Below are positions 10,511 through 22,000 of a stretch of DNA of 47,834 nucleotides, piece by piece. The notes under the pieces were generated by a model. It made no database searches. It saw only the letters and a program-made list of their open reading frames with translations, and was not told the origin of the DNA. The DNA comes from Perkinsus chesapeaki ATCC PRA-425. Lineage: Eukaryota; Protista; Perkinsozoa. Both the position numbers and the translations under genes were made by a program. Position 1 is the stretch's first letter. Every line of letters begins with the position of its first letter. The stretch spans positions 1 to 47,834 of the forward strand of contig JAAPAO010000245.1 of NCBI GenBank assembly GCA_013115145.1, given 5' to 3'.

Positions 10511-13500
10511 TCATAAGTCCACCACATCATCATCGTCCAGCTCTATGCACCCTTTATCGTACAGTATGCTAAGAACGCTTATCTTCTCAAAGACATCTCG
10601 GCATGGAAGGTCTGCCACCCTCGTGAACGCCAACGGTGCTGCCTTGTTGAGGGTATTAAGGATCTCTACATCACCTGGCCGTATACGAACCTCTAGTTTT
10701 TCATCAGTAGCTCGAGTGAAGATGGCCTAAGGGAAAGAAAAGTTTATCATACTTTTTATTATTGTCATTCTCCTTGCTGGCATCCGCCATATCATAAGGG
10801 AAGTATCAGTACCCCACCACAACAGCCTGCTGCCCTTCACACTTCTACCGACCCACGAGTTAGCAGCTACTACTTTTCCATAATATTTCCGATATGGCGG
10901 GAACCCTCGCAATTATTGAATAACAGCGTATTCCCATCGTGTTGAGTTCTAAGGTTGTTTTACACCCGAAAATCATTTACTCAACAAAGGCATAAAGCAG
11001 CATTCATGCCGTACAAGAACCCTGCCTAAGAGATATAAACACATGCTGCCCCTATGAATCTACCCGCCTAAAGCGGCAATAATAAACCTAATGAGCAGCA
11101 GCCCATCCTTAGACGACACTTCGCCTATCTCAACCTCTACCGAAGCTCCACCTTAGGGAATCTTCGACCATTCGCAGGCTGCTGTACATCACATTTAACA
11201 TCACATGCGATTCGCACTAATGAGTTGTCCGATATCACTCCAGTGGGCTTCGGCATGGCCATCTGACGACATAATAGGTATCTTTGAGAATGGGGACAGC
11301 TTACACAAGCCCGTCGAGCAGCCTCCTGCTGAGAATTGATCATAGATATCCTGTCCTTAAGTCGGGCCTCGAGGTACTCAGGTGTTAACTGAAAAAATAC
11401 TACTGCCAGGATTCGAACCAGGGATCTAATGCTAGCACACATGTATTACACAATAAGAATGATAGGTAATGCTTTGTTATTATCAGCAAGCATACCACAT
11501 AGAGGTTGCGAAGGCGGCTTTGGGGCATTATAGGCCTAGCCTTAGAGAAAGGTAAAAGTGCTGCACTTTTACAATGCACTTTATGTGCATTGCATACAAG
11601 CATGTGAACGTCTTAAAAACAAGCAGAGCTTCATATTAGTAATATCTTCGATATTACTTATACGAAGCTTAGATATTCTATATACTTAGTCCAATGGATT
11701 TATACTATTACCATCTGTTATGATAACTATTTTATTAATACTATTATTACTACTGTTATTAAGCTACGAATGTCTATTATCCTATTTAAAGGATAGCAGT
11801 TGATATTATCTGTATCTCAAAGGTGTTTAAAAATATCGTAGAAAAGTTCGCATGCATTCGAAAGTGCTCACGAAATTTTGTAAAACCCTTGATCCCCAAT
11901 GAATCCTACCACCTCACCACTACCTTATTTTTAATAGCATTTAAAGCATCCCTTATCTCCTCCGTCACGCCAACACGGAACGGTAATGACCCCTGATGGA
12001 CTGACCTTCTACAGAAGTAGTCCACATTCAACGGCAGGGCTTGCGGGTCCCTCAGTAACTAACCCCAAACCACTAGTACCTCTACCATCCCTCCAGCCAC
12101 CAGAGCCTACCGAACCAACTCCTCTTTGGATCATCATGCCATAAGTGAGATCACTTGAAGGTATCTAACCAGGTAAACGCCAATTGTTCCCAGAAGGATT
12201 ACATTCGGTGCTCTCCTCATCTGTGACCACAATTCCTGTCAAAGTTTTCATTATATTCCCACACTACGAATAACAATTGTTGACACCCGAGTAGTGCTTG
12301 CCGTGGGGCTAGGCGAATCCTTGCTTTCCTCATCCCAGCCGGCCCGAATACTACTGTAATGGTGACATGTAGGCTGTCGGCATCCTGCAGAGTGCGGGCA
12401 CGGTGAATGATTCCTCTAGGCACGAAAAGGAGATCGCCCTCCTCTAAGGTAAGGCTGTACAGCGGATCGCCTAGGTTCTCTACAGGCTTATCCTTGCCGA
12501 CCTAGAAGGAATCTTTCTTAAGCCTGATGTGCAGCAGTACCTCTTCGCCAGGATAGGGTAGGCCAGCTGGGCTGTCAAATATGTCCCATTCCTTCCGGCC
12601 CTTGCACTGAAGAATCAAGGCGTCCTGAATACAAAGAAGAAGCATGCGGACATGATTATGGGGGAAACCTAGTGTGGCGATGGCCGTTATAATCACTTCA
12701 TACTTATTAAAAGCCAATAAAAAGGTTCATGTTGATAACACGACCAATAAATCGCTCCCCCAGACGTTTCTTAATGCTAATAAAAGTGTAGAAGATATAT
12801 AAGTCTCACTTGCGGGGAGCCCTAGGAGACCATCAGATGTTCCCAAAATGGATTTAATGTTTTGGGATTTGAATCCAACAACATATTTTCTATCAAAAAT
12901 TCCACTCGATCCCCTCCGTATTAGGGACATCTTTATATCCCCAGGAGCGCATCTCCTGTGAGGCTACTACTAGATGACTCACCTGACAATCTGAATGAGG
13001 TCTAACGGCAAAGCTGCCTGGTGGTGTCAAATATGCCACACCAAAGATATGCAGGAAGTACCTATAATAAGTAAACAACAACCACACCAACACCACAGGG
13101 TAGCATCACTTCCGCAGTTGACGGCAAATATCATTGATCCAGGGCCATGCCCTTTCGCACTTATTAGTGATGATTGAAGCACCTACATGACTCCACTGCG
13201 GCATTGAAGCTAGTGTTGCTGCCTACCGTCCAAATAGGCCAAATAAGGGCTGTCCTCTCGGCACGTGTAAGCCGCTCCTTCTCTATAGAAGAACACGCTC
13301 TCCGGATCTGACCACCCAAATGCCTGCTAAATACATCCTCACAGAGCTCACCAAACAGCGACAGCCTCGTCAGCATTTGACAGTAATCTTCCCAACTGCA
13401 TTCTGATGGCGGGAATGCCTTTCTATAAACCTAAGTTGCCTAAAAGTACGGCTGCCGGTCGGCGTCCTAGGTACCTTAGCGCTGCCCCCTCGCACCACAT

Positions 13501-13561
13501 CGACCATTATCTCATCATGTGATAGGAGTTTCGGTATCCAAACCTCTGGTGAGCCCGTCAT
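10511..13561 (-). CDS. JmjC/cupin 2-oxoglutarate oxygenase, NO66/MINA53 (RIOX)/ROXA-like (multi-exon)
   Basis: Exons give FGVAYLTPPGSFAVRPHSDCQ|DALILQCKGRKEWDIFD and MPRGIIHRARTLQDADSLHVTITV, i.e. the HxD…K…H Fe(II)/2OG ligands in the cupin-4 context. The last exon resembles the C-terminal winged-helix region (…RVADLPCRDVFEKISVLSILYDKGCIELDDDDVVDL*). Confidence 0.8.
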
Positions 13562-13720
13562 TGCAATGTCTAAGTTTGGTGCCTATCCCCGGTACTGTAC
13601 GCAACAACAAAAGAGAGTTAATAGGCTGTAACAAAACCGTCAAATATATCTCTCATGAGGGACTATCAGCATCATAACGGGGCACCCCTAGGAGTGCCGT
13701 GTGCAGGTAAAAAGGGCCAC

Positions 13721-14036
13721 TTAGATCAAACGTCCCTTAGGCGGGCCACCATAGATCTGGCCAAGGATACTTCCACCACGAGGCAAGACGTTCTTAATGG
13801 CAATCCAACCGGTCACGTAGGCAACGCCAAGAATAATGAAGTTCCTCGGGACTGAGGAAAAACCATCAACAAGACAGGTAAACATCAGCAGCAGCAAGCT
13901 TACCGATCTTCCAAGCTCTGTCCTCTCTCACTGGTGAGCCCCACCCGAATGGCTGCTCAGGAGTCTTCTTGGCCAGAGCGGTAGGAGGAGCGGCCTTCCT
14001 ACCAGTAGTGCGGGGATAGGCTGGTGTGGACGGCAT
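13721..14036 (-). CDS. 87-aa single-pass membrane microprotein (2 exons; not in the ORF track as one ORF)
   Basis: Exon 1 is 14036..13904, followed by a 52-nt GTAAGC…CCTCAG intron (13903..13852) and exon 2 at 13851..13721. Total 264 nt, in frame: MPSTPAYPRTTGRKAAPPTALAKKTPEQPFGWGSPVREDRAWKIVPRNFIILGVAYVTGWIAIKNVLPRGGSILGQIYGGPPKGRLI*. An alternative ATG lies at 14042. Confidence 0.7.
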
Positions 14037-14229
14037 TTGCATAACCGATCCAACACGCCTCGGGAACGCACGACGAAGCATTTTTATAACAAGTTAATAA
14101 CGCCACTAACAGATACGGCGTGGTCAAGTCAACCAGAAATGCATCTTTCGGCGCCAAATCGAAATGTAAAAAGCGCGCGCCCAGAAATACGTCGGCCCGC
14201 GTGCACTCTGCGCAAATCGGAGTTGACAG

Positions 14230-16134
14230 TCACACAGCGGTGGTGACAGAGGGGGTTGGGACATGGCCACGGTTATGGAGGAGGTTAATAGTGACATTGA
14301 TATTATAATGGAGATCATCGATGCCATTAAGGAACAGATCTACGCTTTCCGGGGGAGAGGGGACCTCGTAGTCATCAACTTGATTGGCTGAAGAAACGTG
14401 GGAGAAATGAGGGGTCGCAATCTACCTTGATAAATATCTTTTCTGTCCCGGGTTGCACAATCATCCTGAGAAGTGTTCATATGAACGTGAATGAAGCTGC
14501 CGCCGTTTGCCACGATATAGTCTCGGATAACTTGTCGGAAGTCTCGGTACCTAGGCCCATCTCACTCTGTGGTGGCAGCCTTAATAACCCTTACGGTGCC
14601 ACAAGGCTTAACAACACGACTCCTCTGTGCTTCACCACCTCCCCAGCAATGAACCCCATTCGAGCAGCGTGGGCCAGGCGATCTGCTCGAGAATGCGTGA
14701 GCCCGGACGATATCAGTTGTCGGGTCTGAAAGTTAACGTTCGCTTCCTAACCGGTAGTTGGCAATTAGGTAAACTCGAAAGGGAGTTCCGTAGAGGCTGC
14801 CTGGGTGAGCTTACTTGGTCGCCATCCAGGATAGTAACCCGTCCCCGTGCCTCCTCCAATGGCGCCTTCAACCCCTTAGCAAGAGTGGTCTTGCCACTGC
14901 CAGACCGTCCGCTCACTAGAATGGCAAACCCTCGCTGGCCAATGGGAGCAATGTGCCTATCATATCACTAGGCCTACGAGCGCCCAACCCTGACGACGCA
15001 CCTTCGCAGGATCTCCGCCACGCCTGGCGGTGTGAACCATGACGGCAGAGCCTCCCCTCGATCGAGCATGGCCCTCATTTGCGTGCCACTTATCTTCCTG
15101 ATCTCCTCCTCCGGGCTCGCCAGGCCCACAGGGATGTACCCTCGCCCAGTAACGTGGACCAACTCGCCCTCGGGTACAATGATTTCGACGCCAAGTTCGG
15201 CCTCGAAAGCCTTGGTCAGTTCTGCGGCAGCAAAGGGCTCATAGAAATCCTTGCCAGTAGCGTCCTTGCATCCGGCGTGGTCCCTACCCACTATGAAGTG
15301 AGTTGCTCCGTAGTTCCTCCTCACAATAGCATGAAGAACAGCCTCTCGAGGGCCACCCAATCGCATCGTCAATGGCAGGGCCGACAGTATCACTCTGTCC
15401 GAGGGGAGGAGGCCATCAGACAGGAGCTTCTCGTAGCACTTAAACCGTACGCCATAAGGGACGTCATCAGCCTTAGTAGGCCCCACTACAGGGTGCAACA
15501 GTAGCCCTCGCTTAACACCGCCCTGCAAGGCTCTCAAGACCAACTCAACATGGGCGAAGTGCATGGGGTTCCGGGTCTGGAAGGCGACCACTTCCGTCCA
15601 GTTCCTTCTGATAATCTCGTTGCGCACCTCCTCAGGGGTTTTGCGGACCTCGCCAAGGTCCCAATGATCCGGTAATCGCAGACGATGTACTTTGCCACCG
15701 ACGTAGAACTCACCAGAGTGCCCCAGGAGATACTTCACAGCGGGATGGTCATACCGATCCAGAGTGCCATAGCACTCTAGAGCCTCAGAGGTCTTGTTCG
15801 GCCGCCAGACCTCCGAGACCTCGAGCCGCGCCACCGGGTTGCCGAAGGTATCCAGGAGAGCCGCGCAACTGCCAACGGTGAACTTGGAGGCATTGTTGGT
15901 GTCCAGCGTCACCGGCAAGGGCCACAGCTGGCCATCGGCGAGCCGCATATTGTGCACAACGCTCTCGTAGTCGGCACTAGTCATGAAGCCATCGAGCGGG
16001 GCAAATCCGCCAACCAAGAGGAGCTCTAAATCGTGGACTTGTCTTTCGTTGAGCTGGTGTCGAATTCGACATGGTTGAGATGATCCCAGGATACCAGTAA
16101 AGGTGATGGCCAGAAGGCAGGTTGGCAGCCACAT
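14230..16134 (-). CDS. sat/cysC: Bifunctional ATP sulfurylase-APS kinase fusion (sat-cysC domain order)
   Basis: The first exon encodes the entire ATP sulfurylase (DLELLLVGGFAPLDGFM, AFQTRNPMHFAH, HPVVG, GPREAVLHAIVRRNYGATHFIVGRDHAG, ISGTQMR). The apparent stop at 14974 lies in a 45-nt GT-AG intron. Four further exons encode APS kinase: RHIAPIGQRGFAILVSGRSGSGKTT…ILDGDQ|TRQLISSGLTHSRADR…RMGFIAGEVVKHRG…AP|YRDFR…IHVHMNTSQDDCATRDRKDIYQ|ANQVDDYEVP…TTAV* (stop at 14230). Confidence 0.92.
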
Positions 16135-16224
16135 AACGTAACGCTGATCAGGACTGTATAGCTTGCTTAATTGACAACAAAACTGTATAATGCATATAAG
16201 CTATACATACGTTTATTGAGGAAC

Positions 16225-18562
16225 TCAAAGGCGCTCGATATCTCGGGCGAAATCCATAACGTCTTCAAGCTCCCTCTTACGAGCTTCGGCCATCGCCCAT
16301 TGCTTCTCGAGGAACTAACAAATAACACACACATCGAGCGTCCCTCAAAGCCGCAAACATACGCAGTAAATGCGCAAAAGGTTGCAAACTATTGCCTATA
16401 CCACAGGTATAGCGTATACGTCGAATTTAATAACTATCGCACCCATAGGAATCCTTTAAAATCCAGGTTGCATGCATTAACCACTTAAGTGGCCTACTGA
16501 AGACCTGTTACACAGAGCGCGATGGCAACTTGTCTTAGTCTTACTTTCTGATCTCTTGTATACTTATTGTGATATATACGCCAGCCACAATCCTTATCGG
16601 GACAGCTCATACCAAAGGGAGGCGTCGTCATTAAAGTGTTCTGCACACAACACATCTGCACGCACGCGCACGAGTCAAGGAACTCACCAGACAACTGCCG
16701 TGAAACCAATGACCGCAATAGGCTCTCTCGGCCGTGTCCTCAGAAGGCGCTGCTGGATCATCCGACACTATATTAGCGAGGACGCGCTTGCCGCAAGATG
16801 AACACTAAGAAATGAAAGCCTCCTCGAAGACAGCCTAAACCGTGCGTGTGCGGCACCTTCATATTTGGCACCAGTCGGATGAATTTGGTGACCAAGAACT
16901 CCGTGACGGGATATACCGAGAGGATTGGCGGTGGCTGCTTGTGCTGGTACAGTGCCTTCTCCAACGCAGCTTGCTTTTGCTAATAACAGAACCATTGGGG
17001 ACTAAACAGTCCAAAGGCTCACCTCTCGTTCGAGTTCGGCGGCCCACTCTGTCTTCTCGAAGTATCTAACAGCCCTTCGCCCAACCTTGTTGGTAACGTG
17101 GGCGGCTTTGTCTTTCCGCTCCTTCAAGAAAGCCACATCGTGCTTGTACTGTGCAAGGGACAGCTTCACCACAGACTGGCTGGGCTTGGCCGGATCGCTC
17201 GCCCTGGAACCAAAAATGATAGCATTTATATTGGAGAGACGCACCTCAGTGATGTCGAAAGCGTCTGGCCTTTTGTACACCGCCGGGACAGATCTTGTGC
17301 TTGGCCGAAGAACATCTCATTGAGATGAGGAGCGAAGGTAGACTGTACCATGGTTACCACTGCTGGCTCGTAGGGGTACCTTAACTGGAACGTTGATGGA
17401 ATATGACCACAACTGCTGTTGCAGCGTTGCACCAAAACCGCTCATAAATAAGGCAAGTCCTAGTAAATCTACAGGGAACGTTACCTACTCGAGCGATTAA
17501 TGGCGGTAAACAAATAAAACGACGAAAATTCCATCGTATACGATAAGATTTTTAAGACTGGACACCCCAGGGAGCATTTATAGAATATCGATAGGGATTC
17601 AACAAGGAACCCTGAAAAAAGCTCGACAAGTGCCTGCTAGCTTACTCTGGTGGGACCTTGATGTCGAACTTAACATGCATGGATCTCTCGTTTACCTGAC
17701 AGTTACGATAAACTGGTCCGCCACTCCCGACAACTCACAGTGAGATGAATCTTGCCTTTGCTGTCCAGCAGCTTGATGGTGTCATCTTCGTTTAAGAAGT
17801 CTTTTTTGATGAGATCAAGCTCCTCCATACAAGGCAGAAGGAGCGACTTCCGCATCACATCTCGGAAGAGCTGTATACAAGGGAGTATCTGTATACAGAC
17901 AGTACTGTAAAGATATATAAGAAAATCGCTCACTGAGCCATATAAGTGATAAACCATGCGGAGTCAAGCTGCTATAGTACATAGCACATACTATATACCA
18001 TTTCAACGGATAGAATTCGTATGCATGTCTACCAAAAGTGGCGCACCAGAAAGGCTGCGCGATCCGAAAGCTCGGTGGGTCGCGGCGCATGAGCCTCGAG
18101 CTGCGAGGCCATCGCTACTTCATTTCAATGAGGGGCAATTTGTTGTGAGAAAGAGCTAATCAACGACAGGTTTCCAGTGGAACGGAGCGGCCTGACAGCG
18201 TTCAGAAGAATGACTATAACTTACGTGATCTTCACTTTTCTTAGCCTTCTGCTGGGCAATCTTGTCGACCATCTGCCTTAGCTTATCACACGCGACCGTG
18301 GACAAATGTGCCGATGATACGTCCACAATGGCCGGGGCCTCGGGGTACTTGGTGCCCTCCAAAGGAAACTGAGCTCCCATTCACCAAGACAAACACCAAC
18401 AGTAACGTGCCCCACCTGGAGAGACAGAATAGCTTCTCTAAACTCTGTGACAATAACGTGCAGTTTGATGAAGTCGTGATTGAGGGCAATTAGTATATCC
18501 CCCGAGTTAGTGGGATCATCCATCGAGGTTCGGATGGCTGATAAATCATCGTCTAAGTGCAT
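16225..18562 (-). CDS. RWD/UBC-like + C-terminal RING-H2 protein, putative E3 ubiquitin ligase (multi-exon)
   Basis: Exons: MHLDDDLSAIR…ILSLQ|FPLEGTKYPEAPAIVDVSS (RWD-type YP motif); a second FDIKVPPE|YPYEPAVVTMVQSTF segment; and a RING-H2 signature CSSC…YCGHWFHGSCL|NTLMTTPPFGMSCPDKDC. The final exon is FLEKQWAMAEARKRELEDVMDFARDIERL*. Confidence 0.72.
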
Positions 18563-19022
18563 CAGTACAAGGAACTATTAAACTGGCACTACTTGAAAAG
18601 GGAAGTACGAAGAAATGCGATACTCATCAGTTGAAACTCGAGTTATTGACTTTTACGATAAGCGAGGAAGCACACCTTCTTCCGAGTGCACCGATGACGA
18701 TGCGTACAAGTCTCTTCCTTTCGGTTGATAAGGGTATGGAAGTGCTTACAAAAGATTAAGTATACTAACTGAAAACGTGCATAAAGATACACTCCAAATC
18801 CGAGTCACTTTCGTATCAGTTAGCGTTTCTATTTTCAGCGGGGGTTTTCCAGTCACAACATGCCCGTGTGCTATTAGCTCTCGGTCGTGGTACTGAACTC
18901 AAACCATTATTGCGGAAAACCACAAGAGTAAATGGTAATCTAGACAAAACAGTGGACTGAAATAACGGCTCTTCGAGGAAGATTAAAGTCTCCCGGTAGA
19001 TCCGAACGGGCTCCTCAGCGGC

Positions 19023-22000
19023 TCACTCATCAGTGGGGACCTCGCGCTCTCCGGGGTGTGCCGCGACGAAGATGCAGCTGAGACAAAAGCAACCAGATAT
19101 AATTTGGTGGCGCGCGGTTTTACCTGATACGCGCGGACACGCGAAGACTCCTTCGTTTTGAATACTCAATAGATGAGACCGCAGCTCTGCCACAGCTAGA
19201 CGGATCTGCAATAGCAATATGAGATTGCCGTAGAACTGGCAGAATAAAACTCACCCGAGACGACTGGCACTTCACAGCACGCAGCCTCCCAATGACACGC
19301 GACAAGCTTTGCTTGACCATATCTGGCCGCTCGGCTGCACCAGCAGCGCACAGCTCTTCCACGGCCTCGGCGTCCAGGCTAGAAGAAAGCATAAGATAAC
19401 AGTCGAGAAACCAGGCGCATGGACCTACCCCATCACTCGAACGACGGATTCGAGGTAGCGAAGATCCTCTGGAGCGTTGAAGGTGCCGCTGGCCCAGACC
19501 AAATAATCTCCCAATCGCAACATCTGCACGAAGGCAAGATTGAGCCGATCGGACTTCCCCTGCGGCCAGGTTCGAGAGGGTGAATCTGAGCAGCAGTGCC
19601 GGGATATCTTCTGGCCTTCCAGCTCAGTCCAGCTTTAAATTCCCTCATCCCTCATCGCTTAAATGTTCATACAGAAAACGACTGGAACTCCGTGACATTT
19701 CCGCGGAATTGCCTTTCCTGGATGAACAGATTTCGAAACCACTGCTGAGATGCCAGAGACGGATGATATCGCAGTTGTCTTACCAACACCGGCGACGCTC
19801 CGCATGAAGGAATCAATATTGGCAAACTTATCGACCTCAAAACAGGCAAAAGCAACAAGGTCATCGCATAGAAGTGCCGGAGGCGCCTGAGGCTGAGGAC
19901 AATAGTTTAATAATGCATCCCATGGCAGCCTACCATGGCCCCGGCAGCTGTGGTAGCATTCTCTCGGAGCTCGAGGGCCGTGGCCACAGCCCAGTGGTAC
20001 TGCTGGGATCTAAAAGGCATGCATCGGATGACTTGTTGCACGTATATTAGAGCCCCCAAAAAGGTGCAAACGAAGACGGGAGGAGGAAAGCCATGCATCT
20101 ACCTAAGATACTCCTTAACTCTCTGCCAGTCCGGTCGCGGATCAGGCTGTAAGTATGAGGAAGCTTCTGGGGCGCTCATCGAGGTACCTAAGGGAATCTC
20201 GAAGTCGATGAGGCAAACCCACAATAAACCTCACCAGCTCGTCTCCTATAAGCGTCTATCTCTGCCCTCAGCTGGCCTGCTAAGCTGTTCAGTTCTCTAA
20301 TGTCACCTTGCAGTCCAACAGATACCGCAGCTGCAACCTAAACAACGCATTGGTGACCAAAGGAGTTAATATCATAGGAGATAATACACAACTCCCAGAA
20401 ATAGAGAATTATTATAACCAATAACAGTCGGCTGCTCATCAGGTGGCCAACTGTCGGAGGACACAGTCTGCCGAGGACTACTACCGACACTACGAAAACT
20501 AGGCATACTATAGTCACATAGTAGTTCACCAGAAACATACATAACGAATGCTATAGGCATCTGAACTCTATAACAGGAAACAAGAACACGTCTGCACACC
20601 GAATTCCTGGCTCAAGATAACGCGTACTGTACAAGACACCTGTACATCCACGGTAGCTTACGCTCGAGCCATTTAAAGCAGGCCTTCCGCTGCCTCCACC
20701 ATCAACACCAGAAGGCATCTTCATCCTATCCACCAGATCCATCATACCAAGCAACTTCAACAGACCAAATACTCCACAATGCAGCAGCACCATCAAGCCT
20801 ACCGATTCCTGTTGACTGTTGAGCGCCTCGCTTGCCTGCTGCTCTGTTCGGCGTAGGATGCTCTAGAGTGTCCACAGTGCCAACGATATCCAAAGATATT
20901 TCGCTTACCTCCATATCAGCTACTCTGGTCCCTAAGTTACGAACCTCCTCATCTACCTTCTGAATGCCGTCCGATAGACCATCAAGAGCGTCACTGGACG
21001 AACCTGGCTGCTCGAATGTGTTAACTGAAAAAAACAGCGTAACGTTCCTAATAACGTGAAGTGGAGCCATATAGGAGAGGGAGGGCAGACGGCACGCTAT
21101 AGGTGGATAAAGTACGCATGGAGAGAAGCTGGTTATGCTTATTCCTAATACCAACTGGAGGCGCTGATCCTGCTTTCGATGGCGAGCACTAATAAAATAT
21201 TCCAACTCTAATTGCCTATCTCAATACGCCAACTACGGAAGTGAGCCACACCACCAATACGACCAAATCGAGCGATATCCCGAAGCATCCCTTACTCTCT
21301 GTCATCTTCTGGTTCATTGCCTCCACCACAGCAGGCACGGCCTTCTCTTTGAACAGCTCCTGCAATGCCAATATCCACCCATCTGCATGCTCATTCCCAA
21401 GCTCACCTTCACCATACCAGGCAGCACCTTAGCCACCTCAGCGCTGACCTCGGTGCTCGCTCTCTCCGAGGAGTTGGACAGTCTTCGAACCCCTCGCCAC
21501 ACTTTGTCCGAATGCATCATGTGTGTTGTCTAAACAGGACAGGCAACTCACCACGCTGCTGTTGCGCGCCTCTCACTAAAGCTTCTGGTGTCATCGCCAC
21601 TTCAAGGCAATGGTTCAGCTTGTCCACCTCGGCACACAAAGATGCGCCGCCGCCCTCCACAGGCTCCGATTCCCTCTCCGCAGTAACGATAGTCTGAAAC
21701 AAGACCGTCGGCGCGCGCTCAACAGAGACGACTTGCTTTCTGGCAACCAGCTTGGACCGCGTCAGCCAAGAATCGGATGAACTTCCGCATCTGGTGGGCA
21801 TTAACAGGCTCGTCGGTCGGCACGAAGTCCGCCTGAAAGACAGATTTACTATCGATAAATGGTAGGAGCTCCAACCTGTCGCTGGGAGTCTGATCTGTCG
21901 CCTGACTTCCTCCTCGGTGAGAGACTGTTATCTGTGACCGACTTCGATAAGGAACCTGAAGTAGAACCGAAATGAACCAAAATTGATCAAGTGTGGGAAA

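Noticed and set aside
11405-11425. GGTTCGAATCC (tRNA T-loop / Pol III B-box) on the minus strand
   Set aside because: There is no upstream A-box or D-arm, no acceptor stem, and the T-stem is imperfect. It sits at the 3' end of a JmjC intron and is probably a chance match.
14713-14976. Apparent premature stops between ATP sulfurylase and APS kinase suggesting a pseudogene
   Set aside because: The stops lie inside canonical GT-AG introns, and the spliced product is a continuous, motif-complete fusion.
20606-20616. TGGCTCAAG, matching the 3' end of the dinoflagellate/Perkinsus spliced leader
   Set aside because: Only a 9-nt match, on the antisense strand inside a gene. I found no SL relic upstream of the intronless genes.
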